Positions 32,662 to 42,559 of a stretch of 64,000 nt of DNA are shown in pieces. Location: the NCBI GenBank assembly GCA_902576395.1, contig CACGVB010000001.1:44420-108419 (forward strand), given 5' to 3'. This stretch comes from an uncultured Pelagibacteraceae bacterium (GTDB taxonomy: Bacteria; Pseudomonadota; Alphaproteobacteria; Pelagibacterales; Pelagibacteraceae). A program made the position numbers and the translations under genes. The notes under the pieces are model-generated. The model was given only the letters and a program-made list of their open reading frames with translations. It had not been told where the DNA came from and searched no databases. The first letter of the stretch is position 1; every line of letters starts with the position of its first letter.

Positions 32662-33465
32662 ATGTTTGACGATTTTTTTATAAGAGCGTTGGTTGCAGGT
32701 ATTGGTATTGCTTTTGTTGCGGGACCACTTGGTTGTTTTGTTGTGTGGAGGAGATTGTCTTATTTTGGAGATACACTCGCCCACTCCGCATTACTAGGTG
32801 TAACAATTGCATATTCATTAGAATTTAATATTGCTGTTTCAATATTTTTAATTTCATCAGCAATTGCATTAATTTTAATACAACTACAAAAAAAAACTAA
32901 TCTTCCAAGTGATGCATTGTTAGGGCTTTTGGCCCACTCGTCATTAGCAGTTGGATTAGTGGTGATTGGATTTTTAACCTTTATTAGATTTGATATTATG
33001 GGATTGTTGTTTGGGGATATATTAGCAGTTAATAAAAAAGATTTGATAACAATATGGGTTGGTGGAGCCTTAATTTTATTGGTTTTAAGATTAATATGGA
33101 AACCATTGTTCGCCTCAACTGTAAATTATGAATTAGCACAGGCAGAAGGTCTAAACCCTGATAGAGCAAAAGCAGTCTTTACAGTCTTATTGGCCGCAAT
33201 AATTGCCATATCTATCAAATTAGTTGGAGTGCTATTAATTACAGGAATGTTAATTATACCAACTGCTATGGCTAGAAATCTTTCAGATAACCCGAAAAAG
33301 ATGGTGATTTTTGCAATAATAGGAGGATTGTTATCAGTGTTTATAGGATTATTCTCATCTTTAGAATTTAACACTCCATCAGGTCCATCCATAATTGCTG
33401 CAGCTCTTGTGTTGTTTATTTTTTCATTACTTAAAGTTAAACAAACGATACAATTGAAAAATTAA
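32662..33465 (+). CDS. znuB: Zinc ABC transporter permease
   Basis: LGCFVVWRRLSYFGDTLAH and LFGDILAV motifs. Confidence 0.94.
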   Translation: MFDDFFIRALVAGIGIAFVAGPLGCFVVWRRLSYFGDTLAHSALLGVTIAYSLEFNIAVSIFLISSAIALILIQLQKKTNLPSDALLGLLAHSSLAVGLVVIGFLTFIRFDIMGLLFGDILAVNKKDLITIWVGGALILLVLRLIWKPLFASTVNYELAQAEGLNPDRAKAVFTVLLAAIIAISIKLVGVLLITGMLIIPTAMARNLSDNPKKMVIFAIIGGLLSVFIGLFSSLEFNTPSGPSIIAAALVLFIFSLLKVKQTIQLKN

Positions 33466-33489
33466 TGGAATATTATAAAAAATAATTAA

Positions 33490-33882
33490 ATGCAAAAACA
33501 AGAAACATTAACTAAAAACCAAAAAATAATTTTAGATTTAATTGAAAAATCTGATCAACCATTAAAAGCATACTCAATTTTATTTGATGTTAAAAAAAAA
33601 GGTATTAATGCTCCTTTGCAAGTTTATAGAGCGTTAAAAAAACTAGTCAAAATCGGAAAAATTCATAAAATAGAAAGTAGAAACGCTTTCATCGCTTGTA
33701 AAAATTCAAAATGTCAAATTGCTAAAGCTACTGTTTTTTCGATTTGTGAAAGTTGTGAAGATGTTACTGAAATTCATGATCATAAATTATCAGAACACCT
33801 AAGAGATTTTAAAGATAATAAAGGAATGAAATATAGTAAATACAATTTAGAGTTTTTTGGACTTTGCAAGAAGTGTGTTTAA
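33490..33882 (+). CDS. zur: Fur-family zinc uptake regulator
   Basis: VYRAL, HKIESRNAF and two CxxC motifs; follows znuCB. Confidence 0.9.
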   Translation: MQKQETLTKNQKIILDLIEKSDQPLKAYSILFDVKKKGINAPLQVYRALKKLVKIGKIHKIESRNAFIACKNSKCQIAKATVFSICESCEDVTEIHDHKLSEHLRDFKDNKGMKYSKYNLEFFGLCKKCV

Positions 33883-33885
33883 AAA

Positions 33886-34479
33886 ATGAAAATTGAATAT
33901 TATTTTAGTGTCCTATCTCCATTTAGTTATCTAGGAGCTGATAGATTTACAAAAATAGTAAGCAAATATAATTTAGAGGTTACAGAAAAACCACTTGATT
34001 TAGTTGGCGAAATATTTCCAAATACTGGAGGATTGCCAGTTCCTAAAAGACATCCTGCTAGACAAAAATATAGACTTGTAGAACTGGAGAGAATTTCAAA
34101 TAAACTGGGTTTGCCGATTATTAAAAAGCCAAAGTTTTTTCCACCTAAAGACCCGCACTTACCAGCAAAATTTGTAATAGCTTCAAATAAATTGGGTAAT
34201 AAACTTCATTTTGGAAATGAATGTTTAAAATATTTATGGTCTATGGATAAAGATCTTTCAGATCACAATACACTTCAGGAAATTTGTGAAAAATTAAATT
34301 TAAACTTTGAAGAAATGAAGAAATTAGCTTTATCTGAAGATGTGAACTTGGAGTATCAAAAAAATTCAAAAGATGCGGTTGATAATGATGTATTTGGTGC
34401 TCCTTCGTATGTCTTAAATAATGAGATTTTTTGGGGTCAAGATAGATTGGATTATCTTGAAGATGCATTAAATAAATAA
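33886..34479 (+). CDS. 2-hydroxychromene-2-carboxylate isomerase / DsbA-like GST-kappa family protein
   Basis: SPFSYL, VFGAPSY and FWGQDRLD motifs. Confidence 0.88.
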   Translation: MKIEYYFSVLSPFSYLGADRFTKIVSKYNLEVTEKPLDLVGEIFPNTGGLPVPKRHPARQKYRLVELERISNKLGLPIIKKPKFFPPKDPHLPAKFVIASNKLGNKLHFGNECLKYLWSMDKDLSDHNTLQEICEKLNLNFEEMKKLALSEDVNLEYQKNSKDAVDNDVFGAPSYVLNNEIFWGQDRLDYLEDALNK

Positions 34480-34534
34480 TTTAAAATTAATAAATTTTAT
34501 TAATAATTTAATTAAGCATTAATAAAAACTAATT

Positions 34535-34562
34535 TTAACAAATCTTTAATATAATATTATCA
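34535..34562 (+). promoter_or_regulatory. Pho-box-like 11-bp-phased repeats upstream of a small membrane protein gene
   Basis: TTAACA (34535), TTAATA (34546) and TTATCA (34557). The AT-rich background lowers specificity. Confidence 0.4.
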
Positions 34563-34603
34563 TAATTTAAAATGATAATAAATTTAAAAAAAAAGGAGAG
34601 AAA

Positions 34604-34843
34604 ATGACTGCAAATATCAGAATATTAAAATGGACAAGCACAGTTTTGACACTTTTAGGAATATTAACTTTTTATTTAGATTACTATCCTTATAGCATGA
34701 TACCTCACAGTTTAGGTATAATCGGTTGGACTATTGTTGGTACCATTACAAAGGATAAACCTTTATTAACAAATTTTTCACTACAAATCCCGATAATGAT
34801 TGCAGGTATAATTAAGTATTCTTATACAACTGGGTTATTTTAA
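34604..34843 (+). CDS. Small hydrophobic hypothetical protein (about 3 TM)
   Basis: Strong RBS AAGGAGAG; hydrophobic 79 aa. Confidence 0.75.
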   Translation: MTANIRILKWTSTVLTLLGILTFYLDYYPYSMIPHSLGIIGWTIVGTITKDKPLLTNFSLQIPIMIAGIIKYSYTTGLF

Positions 34844-35979
34844 CTTACTTGGATTCCGTTTGACCAAACATTTTTTACAACTGGTAAATTTTGATAAATT
34901 TTAAACCTTATTAAATCTGCTCTCTTATTATTGTCAATGGAACCCCTGTCATTTAAATTTGTAGCTATAGATGGAGCGTGACTAGCTGCTGCAAATGCTT
35001 TTGGAAGATTTTCAATTTCTAAACCCCATTTGACAACAGATATAATTAATGATGATGGAATATAATCTGAGCTTAAGATATCTAAACAATCATTTTCTAA
35101 GAGTTCTTTTGCAGATATATTGCCAGAGTGTGAACCTCCTCTAAGTAAATTAGGAGATCCCATCATAACTTTAATATTGTAATCTTTAGAAGTTTTGGCT
35201 GCTTCTAATGTTGTTGGAAATTCAGCCAATTTTACTCCATATTTATTTGAATTATGAACATCATTTTCTGTGGTATCGTCGTGACTAGCCAAAATACAAT
35301 CATATGATGATTTAAATTCTAAAATTTTATCTATGTGTTTCTTGCTATTTTTTTTTTGAAGATTTTTTAAGTGATCAAAATGAATTTCCATTTCATTTTC
35401 TGTCATACCGTGTTTAATTGAAAGATATTCTTTGTACTTATCTATAACTCTAAATTGCCTCTGACCTGGTGTATGATCCATTATACTAATCAGTTTTACA
35501 TCGTGAGTTTCATTGTATTCGTCTAATTCATCAATCAAATTCTCCGAACAAGTTTCAGCTCTTAAATGTATTTTGTGATCAATCTTGAGAATATTATCTT
35601 TTTTAAAACTTGAAATTATATCCGAACAGTTTTTTGCATATTTTTTATATTTTCCTGTTTTTTCAATAGAACCAACTCTTAATGCATCAAAAACTGTAGT
35701 TATTCCAACAGATGCTAATTCTCTATCATGAGATAAAATTGCATTTTCTACTGGAAATGAAACTTTAGGTCTTGGTGTCATGTGTCTTTCAAGATTGTCA
35801 GTATGTAATTCAACCAATCCTGGCGAAATATAATCTTTTTCGCAGTCTATAGAACTTTTGTTATTACTTAATCCACTACTTATATCGACAATCTTGTTAT
35901 CTTTAATCCTGATATGACCATGAACGATTTCATCTTTTTTAATTATCATGGCATTGTTTAAAATATATTCATGCATCAC
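34840..35979 (-). CDS. phnM: Alpha-D-ribose 1-methylphosphonate 5-triphosphate diphosphatase
   Basis: PGLVELHTDNLE, MDHTPGQRQF, ASHDD, AEFPTT and LSSDY motifs. Confidence 0.95.
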   Translation of the reverse strand: MMHEYILNNAMIIKKDEIVHGHIRIKDNKIVDISSGLSNNKSSIDCEKDYISPGLVELHTDNLERHMTPRPKVSFPVENAILSHDRELASVGITTVFDALRVGSIEKTGKYKKYAKNCSDIISSFKKDNILKIDHKIHLRAETCSENLIDELDEYNETHDVKLISIMDHTPGQRQFRVIDKYKEYLSIKHGMTENEMEIHFDHLKNLQKKNSKKHIDKILEFKSSYDCILASHDDTTENDVHNSNKYGVKLAEFPTTLEAAKTSKDYNIKVMMGSPNLLRGGSHSGNISAKELLENDCLDILSSDYIPSSLIISVVKWGLEIENLPKAFAAASHAPSIATNLNDRGSIDNNKRADLIRFKIYQNLPVVKNVWSNGIQVS

Positions 35980-36051
35980 TTTTTAATACACATGAATTGT
36001 TACAAATATTTTAAATTAGAGAAAATTTATATAAGTATTATAAGTTGAATT

Positions 36052-36765
36052 ATGAAAAAATATTCTAGATACGCTATTTATTATGCACCTCCAAAAGAGA
36101 GTAGTCTAGAAGAATTTGGCAGATATTGGTTCGGTTGGGATCCACTTAATGCAAAGTTAATAAATAACAAACATAGAATTAATTATCTAAACAGATTTGG
36201 AATTAAAAACTTAATAAACATAGATAAAAATGTTTTAATTGCAAAGAAATATGGGTTTCACGGCACACTTATTCCTCCTTTTAAACTAAACAAAAATTAT
36301 AGTACCAATACATTATTTAAAAAAACTGAGGAAATAGCAAAAAAATTCAAAAAATTTAAATTTTATAAATTTAAATTAAAAAAAATGAATAATTTTTATG
36401 CTTTTGTTCAAAATAAAAAAAATAATAACATTAATAAGTTATCAAATAGACTAGTTAGAGAATTATTTAAATTTAGGTCACCTCTTACAAAAAAAGAAAT
36501 TGATAGAAGAAATCCCTCTAAACTAAGTAAATTACAATTAAATATTTTATATAAATGGGGATACCCCTATTTAATGTCAGAATTTAATTTCCATATGACC
36601 CTTGCATCAGAGGTCACAGGAAACAAATTGTACCTTGAGTTAAAAAAAATTGAAAGAAACAAAGAAATCATTTTAAATGAAATAAATAATTTTGATAAAA
36701 TATATATATTTGGTGAAAACCAAAAAGGAATGTTTGAGAATTTAGAAAATTTTTCACTTAGTTAA
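36052..36765 (+). CDS. DUF1045 phosphonate-metabolism protein (2H phosphoesterase-like)
   Basis: RYAIYYAP, YGFHGTL, WGYPY and FHMTL (two HxT motifs). Confidence 0.88.
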   Translation: MKKYSRYAIYYAPPKESSLEEFGRYWFGWDPLNAKLINNKHRINYLNRFGIKNLINIDKNVLIAKKYGFHGTLIPPFKLNKNYSTNTLFKKTEEIAKKFKKFKFYKFKLKKMNNFYAFVQNKKNNNINKLSNRLVRELFKFRSPLTKKEIDRRNPSKLSKLQLNILYKWGYPYLMSEFNFHMTLASEVTGNKLYLELKKIERNKEIILNEINNFDKIYIFGENQKGMFENLENFSLS

Positions 36766-37290
36766 AATTATTTTTTTCAATTTATTTGCACCTATAGCTA
36801 TTGATTTATTATTATTTATAGTAATTATATTTTTCGGTAGTAAATTAATTTTTCTTTTTATCCTTTTATTAATTGATTTTTTGTCTTCTCTAGCTCGATT
36901 TACAAGTCTCTTTTTAATAATTGTTGATGGGGCAATAATATTAATTATTTTAACGTTATTAACTTTTTTTTTTACTTTAAAAAGTACTTTTCTTGATCCA
37001 TTAAAAATTACTGTTTTACCTTCCTCTATTTTTTTTATTTCCTTAAATGGAATACCGTATGAAAAACCATGAGCTTTCCAGTAAACAAAGAAATGTTTTT
37101 TTAAAATCTTATCTTCAAAATTTTTAATTGATATGCTGTAATGATCTTCATTTTTAATATCTTTTTTCCTAGTAATGTACCTTTTTACCAAAATGGAATT
37201 AGGAATTTTTTTAATTACTTTTTTTAATAAAGTATCTTTTCCTGATCCTGATGGTCCAACGACTACGATAAGCTGACCGTTATTTTGCAT
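36754..37290 (-). CDS. phnN: Ribose 1,5-bisphosphokinase
   Basis: VVGPSGSGKDT, RYITR, WKAHGFSYGIP and NGSR motifs. Confidence 0.92.
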   Translation of the reverse strand: MQNNGQLIVVVGPSGSGKDTLLKKVIKKIPNSILVKRYITRKKDIKNEDHYSISIKNFEDKILKKHFFVYWKAHGFSYGIPFKEIKKIEEGKTVIFNGSRKVLFKVKKKVNNVKIINIIAPSTIIKKRLVNRAREDKKSINKRIKRKINLLPKNIITINNNKSIAIGANKLKKIILTK

Positions 37291-37957
37291 CTGATATTTT
37301 TGTAATATCTATTTCCCTAGCATTTAAATATTTACGTGAATATTCATCATGAAAAATACCAATTATTGAAGATCCACTATCTTTTTTTTCATTAATCAAA
37401 TTCAAAACAATATCTTTGTTAACACTATCTAAACTAGCAGTTGGTTCATCTAGTAATAAACATGGATAATTTCTAATCAGTCCCCTAGCAACATTAACTC
37501 TTTGTTGTTCTCCACCTGAAAAAGTTAGTGGCGATAAATTCCATAAGTTTTTATCTATATTAAGTTTTAGTAAAATTTTTTCAGCTTTTTCACGAACTTC
37601 ATCTTTATCTGAATTTATTTCTAATAAGGGCTCCATAACAATTTCAATTGTAGGAACACGAGGTATCACTCTTAGAAATTGACTAACATATCCTATTATA
37701 TTTTTTCTAAGTTCAATAATATTTCTCGGATATGTATGATCTATGTTGTGATTATTAATTTTAATTTGTCCTGATTGAAAAACATAGTTTCCATAAATCA
37801 TTTTTAAAATACTAGACTTTCCAACACCTGATGGTCCTGTTAACGCTACAATTTCTCCAGGATTAATTTTCAAATTCAAATTATTAAAAACTAATATGTT
37901 TGTTTTGCCCTGATTATGAAGTGTAAATTTTTTTGTAATTTTATTTAGTTCAATCAT
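37280..37957 (-). CDS. phnL: C-P lyase ABC ATPase PhnL
   Basis: KKFTLHNQG, YVSQFLRVIPRV and TFSGGEQQR motifs. Confidence 0.95.
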   Translation of the reverse strand: MIELNKITKKFTLHNQGKTNILVFNNLNLKINPGEIVALTGPSGVGKSSILKMIYGNYVFQSGQIKINNHNIDHTYPRNIIELRKNIIGYVSQFLRVIPRVPTIEIVMEPLLEINSDKDEVREKAEKILLKLNIDKNLWNLSPLTFSGGEQQRVNVARGLIRNYPCLLLDEPTASLDSVNKDIVLNLINEKKDSGSSIIGIFHDEYSRKYLNAREIDITKISDAK

Positions 37958-37959
37958 TT

Positions 37960-38727
37960 TTAAACCTGTAATACTGAACTAACTAATAACTGAGTATAAG
38001 AATGTTGCGGATCATCTAATACCTGATCACAAAGTCCAGACTCAACAGCCTCCCCATTTTTCATAACAATAATTTTATCAGCTAACAATCTAATCACTGC
38101 TAAATCGTGAGAAACGATTACAACTGATAAATTTAATTCTCTAACTAATTTTCTTAACAAATCTAAAATTTTTGCTTGAACAGAAACATCAAGACCTCCT
38201 GTTGGTTCGTCCATGAAAATTATTTTAGGACTCGTAACCAAATTTTTTGCTATTTGTAATCTTTGCAACATTCCACCAGAAAATGTTCTTGGAAAATCAT
38301 CTACTCTACTTTTATCGATTTCTACTTTATCTAACCATTTAAAAATAGTTTGCCTAATATTTCCATAATTTCTTTGTCCAATCGACATTAATCTTTCACT
38401 AATATTTCCACCAGCACTTACATCTAATCTTAAACCGTCTCTAGGATTTTGGTGAACAAAAGCTAATTCAGTTCTTATCAATAACCTTTTCAATGACTCA
38501 GATATTTCTAGAAAATCAATCGTTTCATTACCTGTTTCAATTAAGATTTTTCCACTATCAGGAATAAGATTGCCTGATATGGAATTTATAAAAGTTGTTT
38601 TTCCTGAGCCAGATTCTCCTACTACACCAACGACTTCCCCAGGATATAATGTCAAATTCATATTTTTGCATCCCACTTGATTACCGTAATATTTGTTTAA
38701 ATTATGAACTGACAAAATTGGTTGCAT
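37960..38727 (-). CDS. phnK: C-P lyase ABC ATPase PhnK
   Basis: HQNPRDGLR, FSGGMLQRLQIA and DEPTGGLDVSVQ motifs. Confidence 0.95.
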   Translation of the reverse strand: MQPILSVHNLNKYYGNQVGCKNMNLTLYPGEVVGVVGESGSGKTTFINSISGNLIPDSGKILIETGNETIDFLEISESLKRLLIRTELAFVHQNPRDGLRLDVSAGGNISERLMSIGQRNYGNIRQTIFKWLDKVEIDKSRVDDFPRTFSGGMLQRLQIAKNLVTSPKIIFMDEPTGGLDVSVQAKILDLLRKLVRELNLSVVIVSHDLAVIRLLADKIIVMKNGEAVESGLCDQVLDDPQHSYTQLLVSSVLQV

Positions 38728-39609
38728 TTAATTATTTTCCATTCTTTGATTACAATAATTTGTATCTGAACATATAAATGATCTATTACCGTCATCATCA
38801 GTAATTATTTCATCTAAAAAACTCTCATTTGATCCACAAATAGAACATTTATGAGGTGCCTTTGAGGGATCAAATGGATAATCCTCAAAATCAAGACTCG
38901 TTACTTCAGTATATGGTGGTATTGCATAAATTCTTTGCTCTCTTCCTGCTCCAAATAATTGAATAGCAGGGTTATTGTTCATTTTTGGGTTATCAAATTT
39001 TGGAATAGGTGATGGGTCCATTATATATCTTTCATTTGTCTTTACTGGATAAGCATATGCTGTTTCTATATGACCATTTTTGGTAATATCTTCATATAAC
39101 TTTACATGCATAATTCCATATTCTGATAGTGCATGCATTTTTTTAGTTTCTTGATATCTTGGTTCTAAAAACGCAAGAGGTTCTGGTATTGGAACTTGAT
39201 AAACAAGTATTTGTTTTTCTTTTAACTTTTCTTCTGGAATTCTGTGTCTTGTCTGAATTATCGATGCTTGGCTTGTTTTTTCTGTGGTCTCAATATTAGC
39301 AGTTTTTTTAAAGAAATTTCTAATTGAAACTGCGTTTGTAGTATCATCTGCTCCTTGATCAATAACTTTTATCACATCGTCAGTTGTTAAACATGACGAT
39401 GTTACTTGAACCCCTCCTGTTCCCCATCCATATGGCATAGGCATTTCTCTAGATGAAAATGGAACTTGATAACCTGGTATACAAAGAGCTTTAATCAAAG
39501 CTCTTCTTATCATTCTTTTTGTATTTTCGTCTAAATAAGCAAAATTATAAATTTCATCTTGAGCTGCAACAGTATTTTTTTTATTTTTAAATTTAAGTAC
39601 GTTATTCAT
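38728..39609 (-). CDS. phnJ: Alpha-D-ribose 1-methylphosphonate 5-phosphate C-P lyase
   Basis: YNFAYLDE, PGYQVPF and YGWGTGG motifs; Cx2Cx21Cx5C cysteine cluster. Confidence 0.97.
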   Translation of the reverse strand: MNNVLKFKNKKNTVAAQDEIYNFAYLDENTKRMIRRALIKALCIPGYQVPFSSREMPMPYGWGTGGVQVTSSCLTTDDVIKVIDQGADDTTNAVSIRNFFKKTANIETTEKTSQASIIQTRHRIPEEKLKEKQILVYQVPIPEPLAFLEPRYQETKKMHALSEYGIMHVKLYEDITKNGHIETAYAYPVKTNERYIMDPSPIPKFDNPKMNNNPAIQLFGAGREQRIYAIPPYTEVTSLDFEDYPFDPSKAPHKCSICGSNESFLDEIITDDDGNRSFICSDTNYCNQRMENN

Positions 39610-40672
39610 TTTTTTTATACTCTTCTCTAATTTTTCTTACTAAATCCAATTCCGCCTGAAAATCTACATAATGAGGTAATTTGATATGTTCTAAAAAACC
39701 TGTGGCTTGAATATTATCACAATGAGATATAACAAATTCTTCATCTTGAGCAGCAACACCTAAGTACTCCTCACCAAATTCTTTCCATCTCATTGATCTA
39801 TCAACTAAAGCCATAGAAATAGCTTTTCTCTCTAATTGACCAAAAACTAAACCATATCCACGGGTAAATTGAGCAGGTATTTTTTTACTACCTTTAAATT
39901 GGTTTACTGACTCACACTCAGTAAACATGACATCAGCAATATTTATTTCTATACCTAATTCTGGAATTTCAAATTGAACCTCAACGTAACCAGTTCTTAA
40001 TTCACCAACAAATGCATGGTTTCTAGCATAACCTCTCTGTGTTGAGTAAGCTAAACCAAGAAGAAAACCCTCATCTCCTCTTGAAAGAGATTGCAATCGT
40101 TCAGATCTTGTTAAAGGAAAATTAATTGGGTTTCTTGTAATATCTTTAGATGTTTTGTCACTAGGTATTTCTTTCTGAATTAATCCTTCTTTATTTAAAA
40201 AGCTTAAAACATGCGGGATTTCTTTATCATCATATTTTTCAATCTTAGCTTTTTCATACTCACCATCAGCAAGAAGTTTGAAGTCAAGTAAACGGTGTGT
40301 GTAGTCAAATGTTGGGCCTAACTTTTGTTTACCTGGGATATCTTTAAATGTTGCAGATATTCTTCTCAGGCATAACATTTTGCTAGTTTCGATAGGTTTG
40401 CTTGAACCAATTCTAGGTAAAGTAGTTCTATAGGCTCTCATTAGAAAAATTGCTTCAATCAAGTCACCTCTAGACTGTTTGATTGCAAGAGCAGACAAAT
40501 CTTTGTCATATAAAGATCCTTCTGACATAACTCTATCAACACTTAAAGTTAGTTGTTCACTAATTTGTTTAATATTTAGTTCTGCTATATTTACATCACC
40601 TCTTCTTATTTCAGATAACCAAGAATGTGCATTATTGATTGCCTTTTCTCCACCTTTTACAGATACATACAT
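39602..40672 (-). CDS. phnI: C-P lyase subunit PhnI
   Basis: MYVSVKGGEKAI, YSTQRGY and HIKLPHYVDFQ motifs. Confidence 0.97.
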   Translation of the reverse strand: MYVSVKGGEKAINNAHSWLSEIRRGDVNIAELNIKQISEQLTLSVDRVMSEGSLYDKDLSALAIKQSRGDLIEAIFLMRAYRTTLPRIGSSKPIETSKMLCLRRISATFKDIPGKQKLGPTFDYTHRLLDFKLLADGEYEKAKIEKYDDKEIPHVLSFLNKEGLIQKEIPSDKTSKDITRNPINFPLTRSERLQSLSRGDEGFLLGLAYSTQRGYARNHAFVGELRTGYVEVQFEIPELGIEINIADVMFTECESVNQFKGSKKIPAQFTRGYGLVFGQLERKAISMALVDRSMRWKEFGEEYLGVAAQDEEFVISHCDNIQATGFLEHIKLPHYVDFQAELDLVRKIREEYKKNE

Positions 40673-40673
40673 T

Positions 40674-41228
40674 TTATAGTTCTCCTATTTTTAGTGATCT
40701 TGGTATTGAATAAAATTTATCATTATCAACAAAATAAAAATCAAGTCCTAATGGAAATTGCTGGTTATTTTTTTTTATAATCTCTCTATCAGGTAAAAAT
40801 ATACTTTTAGAACTTTTAATACCAGGACCAGTAATTATGGCATTTGGTTTTTCAAATTTAGACTGGCAAATAATAGTGCACGATTGATCAGGATTTTGGT
40901 CGTCCCCTTTTTTAAATTCATCTAATGGTAAAAGATCATCCCAAATACCAATTGCAAAATTTGCATTTTTTTTATCTGTAATATTTGCACCTGTATTAAA
41001 TTTAATCCAATCAATAGTTTCTGGATTGTTAATATCACGACCTAAAAAAATATTCGAATAACTGTCACAAAAAGTTTTTATAATTGAACAACTGGCTGAA
41101 AACATTTTCGAAGGCGAATTTATACTGTCTAATATTTCGATCGAACCAGGATATGAAGTTGCAAACAAAATACTTCTAAAATAATCAGCACTTGTTTGAG
41201 AATTATTTTTTTTAGAAACAACTTCCAT
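40674..41228 (-). CDS. phnH: C-P lyase subunit PhnH
   Basis: PDQSCT, GPGI, FPLGLD and PRS motifs; position in the operon. Confidence 0.9.
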   Translation of the reverse strand: MEVVSKKNNSQTSADYFRSILFATSYPGSIEILDSINSPSKMFSASCSIIKTFCDSYSNIFLGRDINNPETIDWIKFNTGANITDKKNANFAIGIWDDLLPLDEFKKGDDQNPDQSCTIICQSKFEKPNAIITGPGIKSSKSIFLPDREIIKKNNQQFPLGLDFYFVDNDKFYSIPRSLKIGEL

Positions 41229-41231
41229 AAA

Positions 41232-41675
41232 TTATTTATCCTCACCTCTTACCAAGGTAAAAAAATCAACCTTAGTAGCTTCTGTTTTAGATAATATTTC
41301 ATTTCTTTTGTTATTTTTATATTTAATTAATTTATCTATTATATTTCTTTTAATTATTTCTTTTTTTTCAGTTTGCATCAATGCATCACACAAAGCTGCA
41401 ATTTTGGATTTATATTTATTTCTACCTTGAACATAACCATGGCCTTGGATTTTTTTATCTAAATTTAATGAACATCTCGTTATAGTTACTTCTCCAACAT
41501 TAAAATTATCACCTGTGGCGCCTACTTTTCCCTGAACCATAACACTGCCAATCTCAGGTTCTCTTAACCAATTATATTCTATTTTCATATTTAAATTGTC
41601 CCAAAGCGAAATGAGATAATTTTCATCTGCTGTTGCTAAAGAACTTAACCATTGTTTTCTTGATTCATTTTGCAT
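41232..41675 (-). CDS. phnG: C-P lyase subunit PhnG
   Basis: REPEIG, FNVGEVTITRC and TKVDFFTLVRGED motifs; probable ATG at 41675. Confidence 0.95.
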   Translation of the reverse strand: MQNESRKQWLSSLATADENYLISLWDNLNMKIEYNWLREPEIGSVMVQGKVGATGDNFNVGEVTITRCSLNLDKKIQGHGYVQGRNKYKSKIAALCDALMQTEKKEIIKRNIIDKLIKYKNNKRNEILSKTEATKVDFFTLVRGEDK

Positions 41676-41679
41676 AATA

Positions 41680-41695
41680 CTATACAACTAGACAA
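41680..41695 (-). promoter_or_regulatory. Probable PhnF (HutC/GntR) operator
   Basis: TTGTCTAG-TTGTATAG resembles HutC-subfamily GT(C/A)TA half-sites and lies in the phnG/phnF divergent gap. Confidence 0.55.
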
Positions 41696-41741
41696 GTAAC
41701 AAAATTAAAAAAAATTTCAATATATTATTTATTAAAATTTT

Positions 41742-42452
41742 ATGACAACAAAAGATTTGCTTTGGAAGGAAATATACAATTCAATCAAAAGAGAAATTGT
41801 TTTAAATAAGTACAAAATTAATAAAAAGTTAGATTCTGAGAATGACTATGCAAAACAATTCAATGTCAATAGACACACTATAAGAAGAGCTTTTAAAGAA
41901 CTTAAAGATGATAATTTAATATATTCAAAAAGAGGTCTTGGAGTATTTGTTAAATCATCAAAAATTAATTACTCAATTAGTAAAAACGTACGATTTACTG
42001 AGAATATACTTGAAGAAAACCAATCAGTAAGAATTGAAATAAAAAGTTTTGATATTGCTGAATGCAATCCTTTTGAAAAAAAAGAACTCAACTTAAAAAA
42101 AAATGACAAAGTTACACGCATAAATAGCATAGGTTTTGTCAACAATTCACCTTCTGTAATAACTTTCAGATCGATTCCTTATAAAAAATTTCCAAAATTT
42201 ATTAATTATTTTGTTAAAAAACAATCAGTAACCAAAGCTTTTAATTTATTGAATATCAAACTAATTAAAAGATCAAAAACTCTAATCAATGCTGAAATTG
42301 CAGACAAAATAAAATCAAATTTATTAAATATAAATGAGGGGGAAGCACTATTAAAAACTACATCTGTTAATGTCGATTTTAAAAACAATCCTATAGAGTT
42401 AAGTGAAAGTCATTTTATTGGATCTAAAATTCAATTTTTAATAAAAAATTAG
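41742..42452 (+). CDS. phnF: GntR/HutC-family phosphonate regulator
   Basis: wHTH FNVNRHTIRRA...RGLGVFV plus UTRA domain; divergent from phnG. Confidence 0.9.
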   Translation: MTTKDLLWKEIYNSIKREIVLNKYKINKKLDSENDYAKQFNVNRHTIRRAFKELKDDNLIYSKRGLGVFVKSSKINYSISKNVRFTENILEENQSVRIEIKSFDIAECNPFEKKELNLKKNDKVTRINSIGFVNNSPSVITFRSIPYKKFPKFINYFVKKQSVTKAFNLLNIKLIKRSKTLINAEIADKIKSNLLNINEGEALLKTTSVNVDFKNNPIELSESHFIGSKIQFLIKN

Positions 42453-42474
42453 ATTTTCTACCTTAGGTTTAAAT

Positions 42475-42524
42475 TTCATATAACTTAAACAAAATTTAAA
42501 AGATTCATTAATAAAATTTTAACA
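42475..42524 (+). promoter_or_regulatory. Pho-box-like 11-bp-phased array upstream of phnC
   Basis: TTCATA 42475, TAAACA 42486, TTAATA 42508 and TTAACA 42519. Confidence 0.5.
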
Positions 42525-42559
42525 TTTATTAAAGATTAGAGGGTTAATGAATTCCTCAA

